From the IMG/VR virus record IMGVR_UViG_3300011334_000309, positions 1-46,441 of that record: 46,441 nt of DNA. One strand, 5' to 3'. Source of the stretch: a virus (Duplodnaviria; Caudoviricetes). Of the stretch, positions 9,917 through 20,900 are shown piece by piece (within the stretch, counting starts at the first letter, position 1; each line of letters starts with the position of its first letter). Position numbers and translations under genes: made by a program. The notes below the pieces were generated by a model. It was given only the letters and a program-made list of their open reading frames with translations, made no database searches and was not told the DNA's origin.

Positions 9917-11110
9917 ATGGCAAAAATTGAATTTAAAGTTCTAAGCAGGTATGCTTCTAATGTAATTAAAGGTACTTCATATAACTCTCGTGCGGGGGTT
10001 ATTAACACATTACTAAAAGACGGGACAATCCTTAATCGTGCTCCAATGGAAATGGAAGAGGGAGACAACATTGTGTACAACCACACATTAAGAATGCGTG
10101 AACCACATCCAGACCCTACAAAACAAGGCATGTTTATCTACACTGAGACATTCAGTTACTTAACTGATGAAGACGAGCAAAACATCCAAGACAAATACGA
10201 GAAGCAAAAGAATGCATTAGTAAGAGCATTCCATGACTTCATGAAAATACATGACCACGTTGTTGTGCGTGATAGAAACGGTAATGACACAAATAGAAAC
10301 AACTTGCACCATGCATTTGAATTAATTGACATTACTCAGAACATCCAATTAGAGGCTGAGATGAATAAGAAGAAAATTGAAGGTGGCTCTATGTTGACTA
10401 AAATGTTCAACTCAGACATCAAATCATTCAGAGACTTCTGTTATGCTTATGGATTGCCAGGTGTTGACTTGTTTGATGATTCAAAGTTATTTAACATGGC
10501 TATGATGAAGATGAACGACAATCCTGACTTCTTCTTCTCTATTTATAACAACAAGCAAAGAGATATCATTACATTGATACAGATTGCCCTTAACAAGAAT
10601 ATCGGTACTCCTGAGTTGCCTAAAACGGCTATTACTCAAAATGGAGAAACTTTTTACTTAGATGGTGGTGATATTGTAGCAATAGGAATGCATGCATTGC
10701 AAGAGACATTAATGACAGATGTTTACAAGCGTAGAATCGTAGAGACACTTGTTGGGTTTAACGTAACAGTTTCAAAACCAATCGAATCTATTGAAGCAGA
10801 GACTATTGATTTCAAACATCTAGAAAAGAAAGCAAGTCAGTCAGGTTTCAGAGGAACTGAGACAGAATCTAAACTACAGAAGAAGGTGCGTGCAAAGTGC
10901 ATTGGCCTGAGTGCTGTAAAGAGCAAAGAAAAATACGAAGAGAAGGTAGAAGAAATAAAGGCAATCTTTAACACAGAAGAGTTCTTGCCCGTATATTCTT
11001 ACGCTATTAAGTACTTAAATGACTTTATCGAAAGAAATTACAGGTTTGAAAGAGAATCAGAGCGTGTAATACTTGAGGATGACCCTACCAACGTAGACAA
11101 CAATAACTAA
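9917..11110 (+). CDS. Hypothetical protein of the morphogenesis module
   Basis: Start reassigned to ATG 9917 (A-rich leader, downstream of the promoter). Confidence 0.7.
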   Translation: MAKIEFKVLSRYASNVIKGTSYNSRAGVINTLLKDGTILNRAPMEMEEGDNIVYNHTLRMREPHPDPTKQGMFIYTETFSYLTDEDEQNIQDKYEKQKNALVRAFHDFMKIHDHVVVRDRNGNDTNRNNLHHAFELIDITQNIQLEAEMNKKKIEGGSMLTKMFNSDIKSFRDFCYAYGLPGVDLFDDSKLFNMAMMKMNDNPDFFFSIYNNKQRDIITLIQIALNKNIGTPELPKTAITQNGETFYLDGGDIVAIGMHALQETLMTDVYKRRIVETLVGFNVTVSKPIESIEAETIDFKHLEKKASQSGFRGTETESKLQKKVRAKCIGLSAVKSKEKYEEKVEEIKAIFNTEEFLPVYSYAIKYLNDFIERNYRFERESERVILEDDPTNVDNNN

Positions 11111-11116
11111 TAAAAG

Positions 11117-11145
11117 AAAAGCCACTGTAAAAGGTGGCTTTTTTT
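11117..11145 (+). terminator. Intrinsic terminator
   Basis: AAAAGCCAC-TGTAAAAG-GTGGCTTTTTTT. Confidence 0.85.
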
Positions 11146-11162
11146 ATTTCTATTAAAAGTTG

Positions 11163-11170
11163 TATATTTG
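11163..11170 (+). promoter_or_regulatory. -7 element TATATTTG, leaderless configuration
   Basis: Only 4 nt before ATG 11175. Confidence 0.65.
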
Positions 11171-11174
11171 TGCT

Positions 11175-11483
11175 ATGTTCAAGACTAAGGCTCAAATAAG
11201 TGAGATTGTAGTAGATGCCAAGGCTTATTTATACCAAAGCACACAAACTATAGCAGCTGAATTACAAATTCAAGCAGCACAAGCTTATTACAACAAAGTT
11301 ATGGACGCAAATGCAACACCAAACTATTACATCAAAGCAATAGAGTTTATTGGGTCAGACTTGGTTCAAAACAACTTATTTGTGGAGGCTTTACAAGGTA
11401 CTACGGAAAGTGTTGATACAATGGAAAGATATGTTGAAGATGGCTACGTAGAAACAGGATATACAAAGTCAAACCCGCAATAA
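11175..11483 (+). CDS. Hypothetical structural protein
   Basis: C-terminal YVEDGYVETGY motif of the kind seen in phage fibre-associated proteins. Confidence 0.6.
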   Translation: MFKTKAQISEIVVDAKAYLYQSTQTIAAELQIQAAQAYYNKVMDANATPNYYIKAIEFIGSDLVQNNLFVEALQGTTESVDTMERYVEDGYVETGYTKSNPQ

Positions 11484-11484
11484 G

Positions 11485-12843
11485 ATGCAAGAATTAAATT
11501 TAAGATTAGGACAAGGAGTAGCATTAACATACGCACAAGAAGACGAGAACTTCAAGCGTTTAAAAGCCGCAATAGATGCATTAGAAATAGCTATAGCAGG
11601 CTCAAGTTCTGGCACTGTAACAAGTGTAGGATTAACCTTGCCTAATATATTTACGGTAACAAATAGTCCCGTAACCGCATCAGGTAGTTTAACAGCTACG
11701 TTTACTTCTCAGGCTGCTAATAGATTTTTTGCAAGTCCTAATGGTTCAGCGGGTACTCCTACATTCAGGAGTTTAGTATCTGGAGATTTGCCTGTAATCC
11801 CTATTGCAAAAGGAGGATTAGGATTAACATCTTTAGTTAATAATAACTATGTCCTTGCTAGTAATGGTACAGGCTACGAAGGCAGAAGGATAATGGGAAG
11901 TATAGGATTGACTGTTTCACAAAGTTCTGGACTTATATCATTTGCATTAGACTTTGCAAATATAAATTTAAGTGATTTAGGCGGAGTATTAACTGCTAAC
12001 AAAGGCGGTACAGGCATTTCAGCTGCCCCTGCAAATGGCCAATTATTAATAGGCAATGGAACATCTTGGACTAAGAATCTTCTAACAGCTGGTGCTGGTA
12101 TAAGTATTGTTAATACTTCAGGCTCAATTGAAATTAAAACTTCAGGTGTTATAACACAAGCAGGCGGAGTTGGTAACTATGTAACTAAGTTCTCTCTGTT
12201 TTCTTCAGACACAATTACTAATAGCATCATATTTGATACAGGAGCTAGAATAGGCGTAAATACAAATATTCCTGCTTATGATGTAGATATTCAACAATAC
12301 GCAGGTGGTTCGGCAGATACTGTTTTAAGGGTATACAATTCCGCAGTAGGATTTGGTGCAAACTTAAGAGCAGAAGGTGTAAGTGGCAACTATGTGAATA
12401 TAAGGAATAACGGATTTATATTCTCAAACAATACAAAATTAGACTTTCATTCAGCTACTATTGGACAGACTTTTTATGCAGATGGGAATGTGCAGTTCAG
12501 AAAAGGATTTGCATTAGGTGGATTTGTGTATTGGAATGTGGCGGGGCTTGTATATACTTTCCCTTCAAATAATCAATATGGTGTAATATTAGGGCCAGCT
12601 TCTGATAATACAATGAGTGTCGCTTTGCCTACAGCTCCTATGGATGGTCAGGAAATATCAATTCTTTCTGAAGAAGCAAAAACATTAACACTTACATCTA
12701 GCAAAGTAATATTTGGGCACAATGCGGGTGTTAATATACCTATTGTATTAACAGGTGGAGCAGCAGGAGCAGCAAGTATAATTGTGAAATATTCGGCAGC
12801 AGCAAATGGTGGAGTGGGAGCATGGTTTATAACAGGAATTTAA
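11485..12843 (+). CDS. Tail fibre protein
   Basis: N-terminal LR..G..LT....D.NF motif, GTVTSVGL and KGGTG..GQLLIGNG fibre repeats. Confidence 0.75.
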   Translation: MQELNLRLGQGVALTYAQEDENFKRLKAAIDALEIAIAGSSSGTVTSVGLTLPNIFTVTNSPVTASGSLTATFTSQAANRFFASPNGSAGTPTFRSLVSGDLPVIPIAKGGLGLTSLVNNNYVLASNGTGYEGRRIMGSIGLTVSQSSGLISFALDFANINLSDLGGVLTANKGGTGISAAPANGQLLIGNGTSWTKNLLTAGAGISIVNTSGSIEIKTSGVITQAGGVGNYVTKFSLFSSDTITNSIIFDTGARIGVNTNIPAYDVDIQQYAGGSADTVLRVYNSAVGFGANLRAEGVSGNYVNIRNNGFIFSNNTKLDFHSATIGQTFYADGNVQFRKGFALGGFVYWNVAGLVYTFPSNNQYGVILGPASDNTMSVALPTAPMDGQEISILSEEAKTLTLTSSKVIFGHNAGVNIPIVLTGGAAGAASIIVKYSAAANGGVGAWFITGI

Positions 12844-12853
12844 TTTTATAAAT

Positions 12854-13045
12854 ATGAAAAATAAAGAGCAAGAATTACAGGAACTAAAAGCAAAGGCTTA
12901 TGATTTAATTGCAAGTTACGAAACAGCAATAGCAGTATCGGAAAATTACAAGAAGAGTCTAACCGAGGTTAACACGCAAATTGCAGAGATACACAAATCA
13001 TTGCAAGAAAAAGAATCTCCAAATCTAGAAAAAGAAACTGAATAA
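12854..13045 (+). CDS. Small coiled-coil protein (possible fibre chaperone)
   Basis: 63-aa coiled coil directly after the fibre gene. Confidence 0.55.
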   Translation: MKNKEQELQELKAKAYDLIASYETAIAVSENYKKSLTEVNTQIAEIHKSLQEKESPNLEKETE

Positions 13046-13902
13046 TGGACATAGAAGCAATAGTTAGTTATAATATAGATGATTTAGCCACACTACGTGT
13101 GACAGATGCTTCTAATTATGGCACGCCAAATCCCGAAGTAACAGACGTGAATGCAACACGATTTGTATTTTCGAGTGTAAGTGCAAGAGCAAACATACAA
13201 ACTAATGTAACTTCGTTAAAGGCGAACTACGAGTATGAATTTGTGGGTACAGGCACAATAACTATTGACGGAAAGATATTCAATGCGGGAGATACGTTTA
13301 TATTCCGTGTGGATGTAAGCGTTACTCCTCCTGCAACCATTCAGATAAACGAAACAGGATACTATAGCCCTGTAACAAGCTACGACCCTGCAACAGAAGG
13401 TTATGAGCAATTTGTACCTAGTCAAACAGGTATACCTGATAACTTGTACTTCCCTGACAATATCTTTACATGTGAATATGATGTGTATACCACAGAGTAC
13501 TTGCAAGGTGACACTCTTGGTGCTAGTACTTATATTGTAGTCGGTAATGGCAAAATAGTTATTGATGATACAGGAATGATTTATAATCCTGGAGAAGTAT
13601 TTACGTTGTTTGGAGCTTCATTTTTTGAAAATTTAGTAGGTACAAATCAAGTTGTAAAATTATACGGTAGCACAACCTTTTACTTTATGACTTACAAGTA
13701 TGCTTACCAAGTATATGAGAAGTACATCAGTGCAATATCAGTAGGCCAATGCGGAACAAGTTTACAATCAAACTTTGTGCAAGTGCATGCATTATTGCAT
13801 TCAAATATCATCAACTTTGAAAAAGGTATTAGTGTAGACTTAACAGCTATGCAAAATACATTAGACATTATTAACACTAACTACTCGAACTTATATGTAT
13901 AG
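13045..13902 (+). CDS. Virion structural protein
   Basis: Internal repeated beta unit (G.G.I..D....N.G..F) occurs twice; paralogue of 2..427. Confidence 0.6.
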   Translation: MDIEAIVSYNIDDLATLRVTDASNYGTPNPEVTDVNATRFVFSSVSARANIQTNVTSLKANYEYEFVGTGTITIDGKIFNAGDTFIFRVDVSVTPPATIQINETGYYSPVTSYDPATEGYEQFVPSQTGIPDNLYFPDNIFTCEYDVYTTEYLQGDTLGASTYIVVGNGKIVIDDTGMIYNPGEVFTLFGASFFENLVGTNQVVKLYGSTTFYFMTYKYAYQVYEKYISAISVGQCGTSLQSNFVQVHALLHSNIINFEKGISVDLTAMQNTLDIINTNYSNLYV

Positions 13903-14515
13903 CGGAATAGAAATAAAGGATAGATTCTTCACCTTTTGGGATACCCTACAATCAGGGACGTTCAGCAACACAAAGCTAAACTATATATTTGAGAAGGCTC
14001 AAACACAATACCTTTACAATATAATGGATGGGTATGGCTTGAACCTAGCAGTAGAGAATGAAGCTACAACTTACATTATAAACTTCACAGCAACGCCAGT
14101 GAGCAATGCGTTAGATGTATCTCAAACTAGCACAATGATGCCTAACTTTGAGCGATTAATAGCAATGGCGTGTAAGTTTGTAAAAGGTGGTGTAACTTAT
14201 TACGAGTATTCAAGACAATTAAGAGACGAAGAGAAGATAAGCCCATTAAAGGGTAACATCCGCTATCCTAAGTACGATTATACCAACAATGACATTAGGT
14301 TGTATCCTACAACAGAAACTTGCTTAGAAGCAAAAGGATTATACTTCAGGGAGACATTCCCAATAGATGTAACTTCAGTAACGCAAAATTTACCATTCAC
14401 AGATAAAAACGTGCAAGGTATAATCAACAACGCACTGAATCTTGCCGCACAGATGACAAGAGAAGATGGTTACTACAACATGAGCGAAGCAGAGCTAAGA
14501 CAAAACGAAGTCTAG
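13895..14515 (+). CDS. Tail ring/adaptor protein (P22 gp4-like)
   Basis: About 200 aa with helix-beta-helix layout, YFRE.FP and C-terminal GIINNALNLA; position in module. Confidence 0.6.
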   Translation: MYSGIEIKDRFFTFWDTLQSGTFSNTKLNYIFEKAQTQYLYNIMDGYGLNLAVENEATTYIINFTATPVSNALDVSQTSTMMPNFERLIAMACKFVKGGVTYYEYSRQLRDEEKISPLKGNIRYPKYDYTNNDIRLYPTTETCLEAKGLYFRETFPIDVTSVTQNLPFTDKNVQGIINNALNLAAQMTREDGYYNMSEAELRQNEV

Positions 14516-14811
14516 TACATCTTTTCGGCCAAGTCCGTAAAGCCAATTTTTTCAGTTAATTTAATTATTTCAAGCGCAGCTGTTTCGTTAACACTATCAT
14601 CAAGGTCTTGCTGCAACTTTTCTTTTGCATAGGCACATAACAATTCCATGTTGTAATTGCTACTCGCTGTTTCTAATATAGCGGCCTTTACTATTTTTAA
14701 TATAGCTGCCTCCATGTTTTCATGAGTACTTCCAATAAGTTTATCTACACAATACAGTTCTTGTTTAATGCCTGTATATGCTTGTGTTATAATATCGTTT
14801 AAACTTTTCAT
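14512..14811 (-). CDS. Hypothetical protein, antisense insert with its own promoter
   Basis: 99-aa ORF; TACATTTG on - at 14836-14843. Confidence 0.6.
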   Translation of the reverse strand: MKSLNDIITQAYTGIKQELYCVDKLIGSTHENMEAAILKIVKAAILETASSNYNMELLCAYAKEKLQQDLDDSVNETAALEIIKLTEKIGFTDLAEKMY

Positions 14812-14901
14812 AAAATAAATTTGTATTTATGAAAACAAATGTAATACGATTGATTCCACAAAAGCAAGTAAAAATTGTAATTTAAAATCGTTCTAAATAG
14901 T

Positions 14902-14909
14902 TATATTTG
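14902..14909 (+). promoter_or_regulatory. -7 element TATATTTG
   Basis: Context nearly identical to 22507. Confidence 0.65.
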
Positions 14910-14928
14910 TAGTAAAAGATATTGACAT

Positions 14929-16329
14929 ATGGCAGATTTCAATTTAGAAGCGCAAATAAGGACTTTACTAAAATCGGTTCAGCTGAATTTAGGGTACGAA
15001 CAAGTGCCTGATATTATAGCTGATACCAATCAGAAGACAGCTTCGAGGGGGTCTATATATTATTGCGTAAAAGCCATGAATGGTGATGCTGTTATAGCTA
15101 CAGCTACAGGCATAGATGGAAACATAACATTAACAAACCTTACGATTAAAGATGGTGATGAGTTTAAGTGTAACTTGAAAAAGATTACATTAGCAAGTGG
15201 AAATTTAATAGCATATAAATCAACTTTAGATTATATAGAACCTATACCAGTTGTTCCAACAAACACATTAGCTCCTGCAATAAGTGGCGTAGCAATAGTT
15301 GGCCAAGTGCTTACATCTACCACGGGTACTTGGTCAGGAACTTTGCCAATAACATACAGCTACCAATGGAAGCGTGGGGTTACAAACATAGGAACTAACG
15401 CCTCAACTTACACTTTAGTAACAGCTGACGCAGGACAAAACATTACTTGTCAGGTTACGGCTGTAAATGATGCAGGAAGTGCAAGTGCTAGTAGTAACAC
15501 CTTGGCAATACTTTCTACAATGTTAGATGCGTATCCAAGTGCAGCTGCTGCATACTCTACACGTTTATTAAGAGGTGCTTACTATGGCAGTTCAGCTATT
15601 CGTGTACGTAGGTCAAGTGACAATGCAGAACTAAACATTGGGTTTACGACAAGTGGTAACTTAGATACATCAGCTCTTACAACATTTGCGGGTGCGGGTA
15701 ATGCCTTTGTTACTACATGGTATGACCAATCAGGAAACACAAGGAACTCGCTTCAATCAACAGCGGGTAATCAACCACAGATTGTAAGTGCAGGCAGTGT
15801 GCTATTGCAAAACGGCAAGCCAAGCATCCAATTTGCATCAGGGTCACTTGCAGGGCTAGAAGGAGTATGGAGTCAAACGCTTACCACTGAATCTAACTTT
15901 GGTGTTTTTGCTATGAATAATGCATCGTATAATTACGGTAGGGTGTTAAGCCAAGGCGGAAACGGCAATGACTATGATGCTGGTGCTTATATCCCAATAA
16001 TTAGAAATGCATTATTGCAAGAAGTTTGTTCGTTTACGTCAGGAGGAGTTGCAAATACAGCAATTACTTATGCAACACAAACATTAGTTTCTTCAATACA
16101 CTCAGGCACACAAGTAGCTAACAAAGTAAATAATAACGCAGAAGTAACTGCAGCAGGGGCTTTAAACTTGAATGTAACAAAAACAAGTATTGGAGCACAG
16201 ACTTCAACATCTTCAGGCACAGGGTATTTGGATGGTACAGTACAAGAAATAGTGATTTACTACTCTAATCAAACAGCTAATAGAACAGGAATTTCAACAA
16301 ATATAAATACATACTATGCCATCTATTAA
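14929..16329 (+). CDS. Fibre/adhesin: N-terminal anchor, Ig-like repeat, lectin (LamG/AbfB-like) domain
   Basis: P.NT.AP.ISG...GQVLT...GTW..Y.YQW Ig-like repeat; AAAYS.RLL..Y..AIRVRRSSD and WYDQSGN motifs. Confidence 0.75.
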   Translation: MADFNLEAQIRTLLKSVQLNLGYEQVPDIIADTNQKTASRGSIYYCVKAMNGDAVIATATGIDGNITLTNLTIKDGDEFKCNLKKITLASGNLIAYKSTLDYIEPIPVVPTNTLAPAISGVAIVGQVLTSTTGTWSGTLPITYSYQWKRGVTNIGTNASTYTLVTADAGQNITCQVTAVNDAGSASASSNTLAILSTMLDAYPSAAAAYSTRLLRGAYYGSSAIRVRRSSDNAELNIGFTTSGNLDTSALTTFAGAGNAFVTTWYDQSGNTRNSLQSTAGNQPQIVSAGSVLLQNGKPSIQFASGSLAGLEGVWSQTLTTESNFGVFAMNNASYNYGRVLSQGGNGNDYDAGAYIPIIRNALLQEVCSFTSGGVANTAITYATQTLVSSIHSGTQVANKVNNNAEVTAAGALNLNVTKTSIGAQTSTSSGTGYLDGTVQEIVIYYSNQTANRTGISTNINTYYAIY

Positions 16330-16561
16330 CGGATATAAATTTACGACAGAACAAGACGCAATAAATGCAAGAGAAAGTGTAGACACTTATTATGGTATTC
16401 CAGTATCACCTGATGATGTAACTCAGAATTGGGTTAATTATCAAGTAGCAGAATTGGATACACCACAGTTTTGGTATATTACTTTTAACGACTCATTGGA
16501 GGTAGTGCTAGGAAAGCCAACCGAATTTGAAGTCGTACAACCAATATTAAACGCATTATAA
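16316..16561 (+). CDS. Small acidic protein paired with the fibre gene
   Basis: Overlaps the 3' end of the fibre gene. Confidence 0.6.
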   Translation: MPSINGYKFTTEQDAINARESVDTYYGIPVSPDDVTQNWVNYQVAELDTPQFWYITFNDSLEVVLGKPTEFEVVQPILNAL

Positions 16562-16562
16562 A

Positions 16563-17231
16563 ATGATAACATCTTACATTATAGATGAACTTATACGAAG
16601 CGTAAACGCAGCTACCAATACCTCTAATGGTAAGTGGGACAGTGAATACGTAGAGGAGCTACTGCCGAAGTTAAGGGCAGAGGCTATCATACTCTCGTAT
16701 AACGGTAGTAGAACACAGGCTGCCAACAAAACAATTAGTGGCCAATGGTTGCAAACAATGGAGTTTACAATCACGCCAAGTGAGCAGGACAAGAATGCAG
16801 AGTACCTTGTAATAGACGTTCCAAGCACAGTAAGAATTAACGACAAGACTGATGGGCTTGTATATGTTGGTAATGCACAGGAGGCAATAACCTTTAAAAG
16901 AGCATTCACTAAAACAGAGGTAGCTTATTTAAAGCAGCGTGGATTCTTAAGAGGCAAAGAAATAGTTTACATATACACAGGCAATAAACTAGAGATATAC
17001 GGTAACAAGATATTAAAAGGCTTTCAAATACAAGGGATATTCACAAACCCAATGGATATCCCAGGATTCAATTGGTATACTAGCGAGTATCCTATAGACG
17101 AATCTACGATTGCAATAATGAAAGATTTGTTTATACAAAGAGCAAGAATGGAAATGGGATTAGCACAAGATACTGTGGCAGACGGTGCTGATACATTAAG
17201 CGTTAACCCTATTAAGGCAAATACTAAATGA
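16563..17231 (+). CDS. Tail tubular/ring protein
   Basis: I.GIF.NP and EYPID..I..MK motifs like crAss-like tail tubular proteins. Confidence 0.7.
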   Translation: MITSYIIDELIRSVNAATNTSNGKWDSEYVEELLPKLRAEAIILSYNGSRTQAANKTISGQWLQTMEFTITPSEQDKNAEYLVIDVPSTVRINDKTDGLVYVGNAQEAITFKRAFTKTEVAYLKQRGFLRGKEIVYIYTGNKLEIYGNKILKGFQIQGIFTNPMDIPGFNWYTSEYPIDESTIAIMKDLFIQRARMEMGLAQDTVADGADTLSVNPIKANTK

Positions 17232-17902
17232 TAGACTCAGGCATAGGAAGTTTTGAAACAACCACATTAGATTCGATATTAGCAGGAGCTAAGATGCGTT
17301 TAAGGTTGCGAGATACAACAAGCGAGGACTTGTTACTAAAAGATGTAATTGTAGAAGGCTTGAAGAAAAGCCGTGTACCTTCTTTGTTTATAAGGAAGGA
17401 AACTTATATTGAAATAGAAAACTTGGTGGCACTGTTACCATGTGACTTTGTAAAGTTCGATAAGATAAATCCAATACGTTTAATTGACAATAACAACCAA
17501 GGTACTTGGATTGTTCCTCAGTTTATAGACAACACATTCTTTAGCTACGACCCCGATATAGCTACATACGGCCCATTTGTAAGATACGGGACTGTAACGC
17601 AAGTCGGCAAGTACTTATATTTCTCAAGTGACATATCATCACTAAGGGCCATTATAAGCTACCTAGGAACGAATGTAGATGAAGATGGAGAAATAGTTAT
17701 CCCTGAATTAATGGATAGCGTATTAGTAGCTTATGCATGTTGGAAGTACGGTCAGGTATACCCTGAGAGAATGCCAGCTGACATCAGAAGTGCATGGGAG
17801 ATGGAATATAAATTAAACAAGAAAGCAGTTAAAGGTATTCAGAACTTACCAAGCAGCCTTGAAACAAGGTTGAACACTTGGAGAATGAACGCAATAATTT
17901 AA
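17228..17902 (+). CDS. Tail ring protein
   Basis: A.LPCDF, I.YLG..VDEDG...IPE motifs; immediately upstream of the tail stabiliser. Confidence 0.7.
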   Translation: MIDSGIGSFETTTLDSILAGAKMRLRLRDTTSEDLLLKDVIVEGLKKSRVPSLFIRKETYIEIENLVALLPCDFVKFDKINPIRLIDNNNQGTWIVPQFIDNTFFSYDPDIATYGPFVRYGTVTQVGKYLYFSSDISSLRAIISYLGTNVDEDGEIVIPELMDSVLVAYACWKYGQVYPERMPADIRSAWEMEYKLNKKAVKGIQNLPSSLETRLNTWRMNAII

Positions 17903-17906
17903 GGAT

Positions 17907-20900
17907 ATGCAGGATAATCAAAACTTTGTATTTAGAGGACTAGATAGTGACAATGATTTACGTTCAGTTAAGTCAGAAAGATATATTGATGGCAACGACA
18001 TAGAGCATTTTGTTGATGACACAAATACGTTAGGTGGTATTCGTAGGATGAAAGGTACAAAGTTAGGTTATACTATTCCTAATATCACCCCGCAATATAG
18101 CTGGTATAGATTCCCATTTATAACAACAGCAACAACTGACTACCAAGTAACGGTATCAGGTCTCGTATATTATCAGTTTGCAATTTTAAATGTACCAGTA
18201 ACACCGCTTGGGCTTTATACTTTTGGTATTGATTTAAAAGCAGCCTTTGAATCAGTGCCTACGATTTCAAGTGTAACACCATTCACGAGTGCTCCGTATG
18301 AAGCGGGTGCATTTGCAAACGGTGCGTTTAGATTAGACATCAATAACTATGCGAGTTATAATATTACGGTTGAAACAAGACCATCAGGCACACTAGACTG
18401 GGTTTTACAGCCAACTATACTTTTGCAAGAGCCGATAGGATACACCGCAGAGATGCAGCCATTGTCAAGTGCATTGGTTGGAGATAAGCAGTTTGTATTA
18501 AGCAAGGCTATTGACCAATTCTATTGTGAGATAGGATGTGCTGTAAGAGATATCAATGGTGCGTGGACATACACAAAATTATTAGGTAGCTCAAAATTAA
18601 ACTTACCTACTGATGAAGTGATTGATATGCGTGCCGAGGTATTAGGTAATGATACAATAGGCGTGTATTGGGTAGACAACACTAACAAACCAAAAGTATT
18701 TTATTGTAATAATGACTTAACATTATCCGTATTTAGATACTATTGGGGAAGCGTTGGCAGCAATGATGGCGTTTACTTAAACAAGCTAGGCACGTACAAT
18801 CTTAATAACGTAGATGTACAGACTAACTTACAGATATTTAACAACAAAGCACTTGTAGTCGTTGATAGACAAATAGCTACAGGCGGCTCGTTAAAAAGTG
18901 GTGGTAAAAGATATTACGTAAGGTTTGGCGTAAATGGTATAGAAAACACAACACCATTCAATGACATAGGCGAGTACACCATTGTTTATAAAGCAGACAA
19001 TCAAGCCCCAAGGAATGCGGTTAAGATAAAAGGAGATATAACTCCTGAGACAACCACCAAGCAAATAGTATTGAAGGTAACCAACTGCATGGCAGATGTG
19101 TTTAACTTTTTAGAATTAGTTTGTGTAGAGTATGAGGGAGGCGGCACAAGTGCAACACTTGTAGATAGATATGATATTATAGCAGAGACTACAGAAATAA
19201 TACACAGTGGTAATGAGTTAGGCTCAACACCATTTGACCCTGCTGCAATTGTAAATGTTAAGCCTGTAATATTAACAGGCAAAACAAATGAAATTAAAAA
19301 GAACAGATACAATATAGCTAACGTACAGATAGACGGAGACGTTGATGCTTACTCAGAAATAGCTAGTAAAATAACAATTAAAAGCGGCAGGAAAGTTATA
19401 TCAAGAGTAGGAGAACTTTTTTCTGGTAATTCAAATTTACAAGCGTTTCAAGTTTCAAATTACAAGGTAACACCAAAAACAGGAGGAAGTGACCCCCTGA
19501 CTGCGAGTTCTACTTTTTTTACAGCCGTACCATATACCATTAATAGCAATCCTTATAGTGCTTTCAATACCACTACTGGAGTTTACGCAGCAGATGTATC
19601 AACAGCAGGGGTAAATAATATTAAATTGAACTTTACCATTTCTGGTAATGCATCTAGAAATATTTTTGGCGTAGGTAATTCACTAGATTTTGCAAGTGTA
19701 AGTGTATATCATTTAAACCCTGACAATACTTTAAAGGCAGTATTGTGGAGTGGAAGGTTTCTTCCAACAACCACTATAAATGGAAGCACAACAGAAAGAA
19801 TTGCTGCTGGAGAAAATCTAGAGTTATTAGTGACTCTTGCGGCAGGAGAAAAGGTTCGTGCTGATTGGTTTGTTCAAGGAGAAACACAATGGGACATTCA
19901 GTCTAGTGGCTTTTCATCAGTTGTGGGAGTAGTTGATAGCTTTAACTTTGGTAAGCAATTAGCAGAAAACGAATATCAAAAGGCAGAAAACGTAGCTAAT
20001 AACATGGGGTACATGCTTTACGAAGAGTACCCTTATTATATTAAATTTCACAAGAAGAGCGGTTATACTACTGCTCCATATTATATAGGCACACATACCA
20101 TTAAACCAAGCGACTTTAATACTTATGTTGTTGGTTATGGTATAGACGTAGAATTAACAGATGGTGTTGGTAATCCATATGTTTATCATCCTATATTTAC
20201 TGACATAGATGTTACTAGCATAAGAAACGAATTAGTAGGATTTAGTTTTTGGAGAGGAGATATAACTAACCCCAAAGTAATTGCTTGTGGTATTAACTTA
20301 ATGGCAAATCAAATTGCAGCTGAGGGATATTATGCAGGATTTTATGCGTCTAATCCAACAGGTGCTTTATACGGCTCTGCATTCCCAACATCGTTTAACC
20401 CCGTAAGAAGATACTCAGGATTTATAGCACCTGACAATATTGTAAGAGATGGTGAGTTAGTTAGATTTCAAACAGGCGATAAAATGTATATGGCGGGACA
20501 GCCAACAATATTCCCAGCATCAGCTAATAATAATGTTGCATCATCAATAGGTCTAAGGCTGGGTAGTTTCGTGGAATTTACGGGCTATTGCCCTAGAGCA
20601 ACCCAAGCAGCAAATAACTCACCCGCTATACTTGAAGATGCTGTATTTACTCCATTTAGGGAAACAAGTGATAGATATATTTACAATACATTATCAGGTC
20701 TTTCAAATCCCACTAAATTAGTATTAAATAAAGTTGATACTTTTAGGCCATCTATGGATACGGCTGCTTTAGGGGTGTCTTTCTTTGACCCACAGGCAAC
20801 TGTAGCTGCAAGGGTAGGACAAGACTATGGAGTTTATTTAGGGTATTATTATAGAGCGAGTAACACCTTAGATGTAGAAAACATTAACGTAGTTGATACT

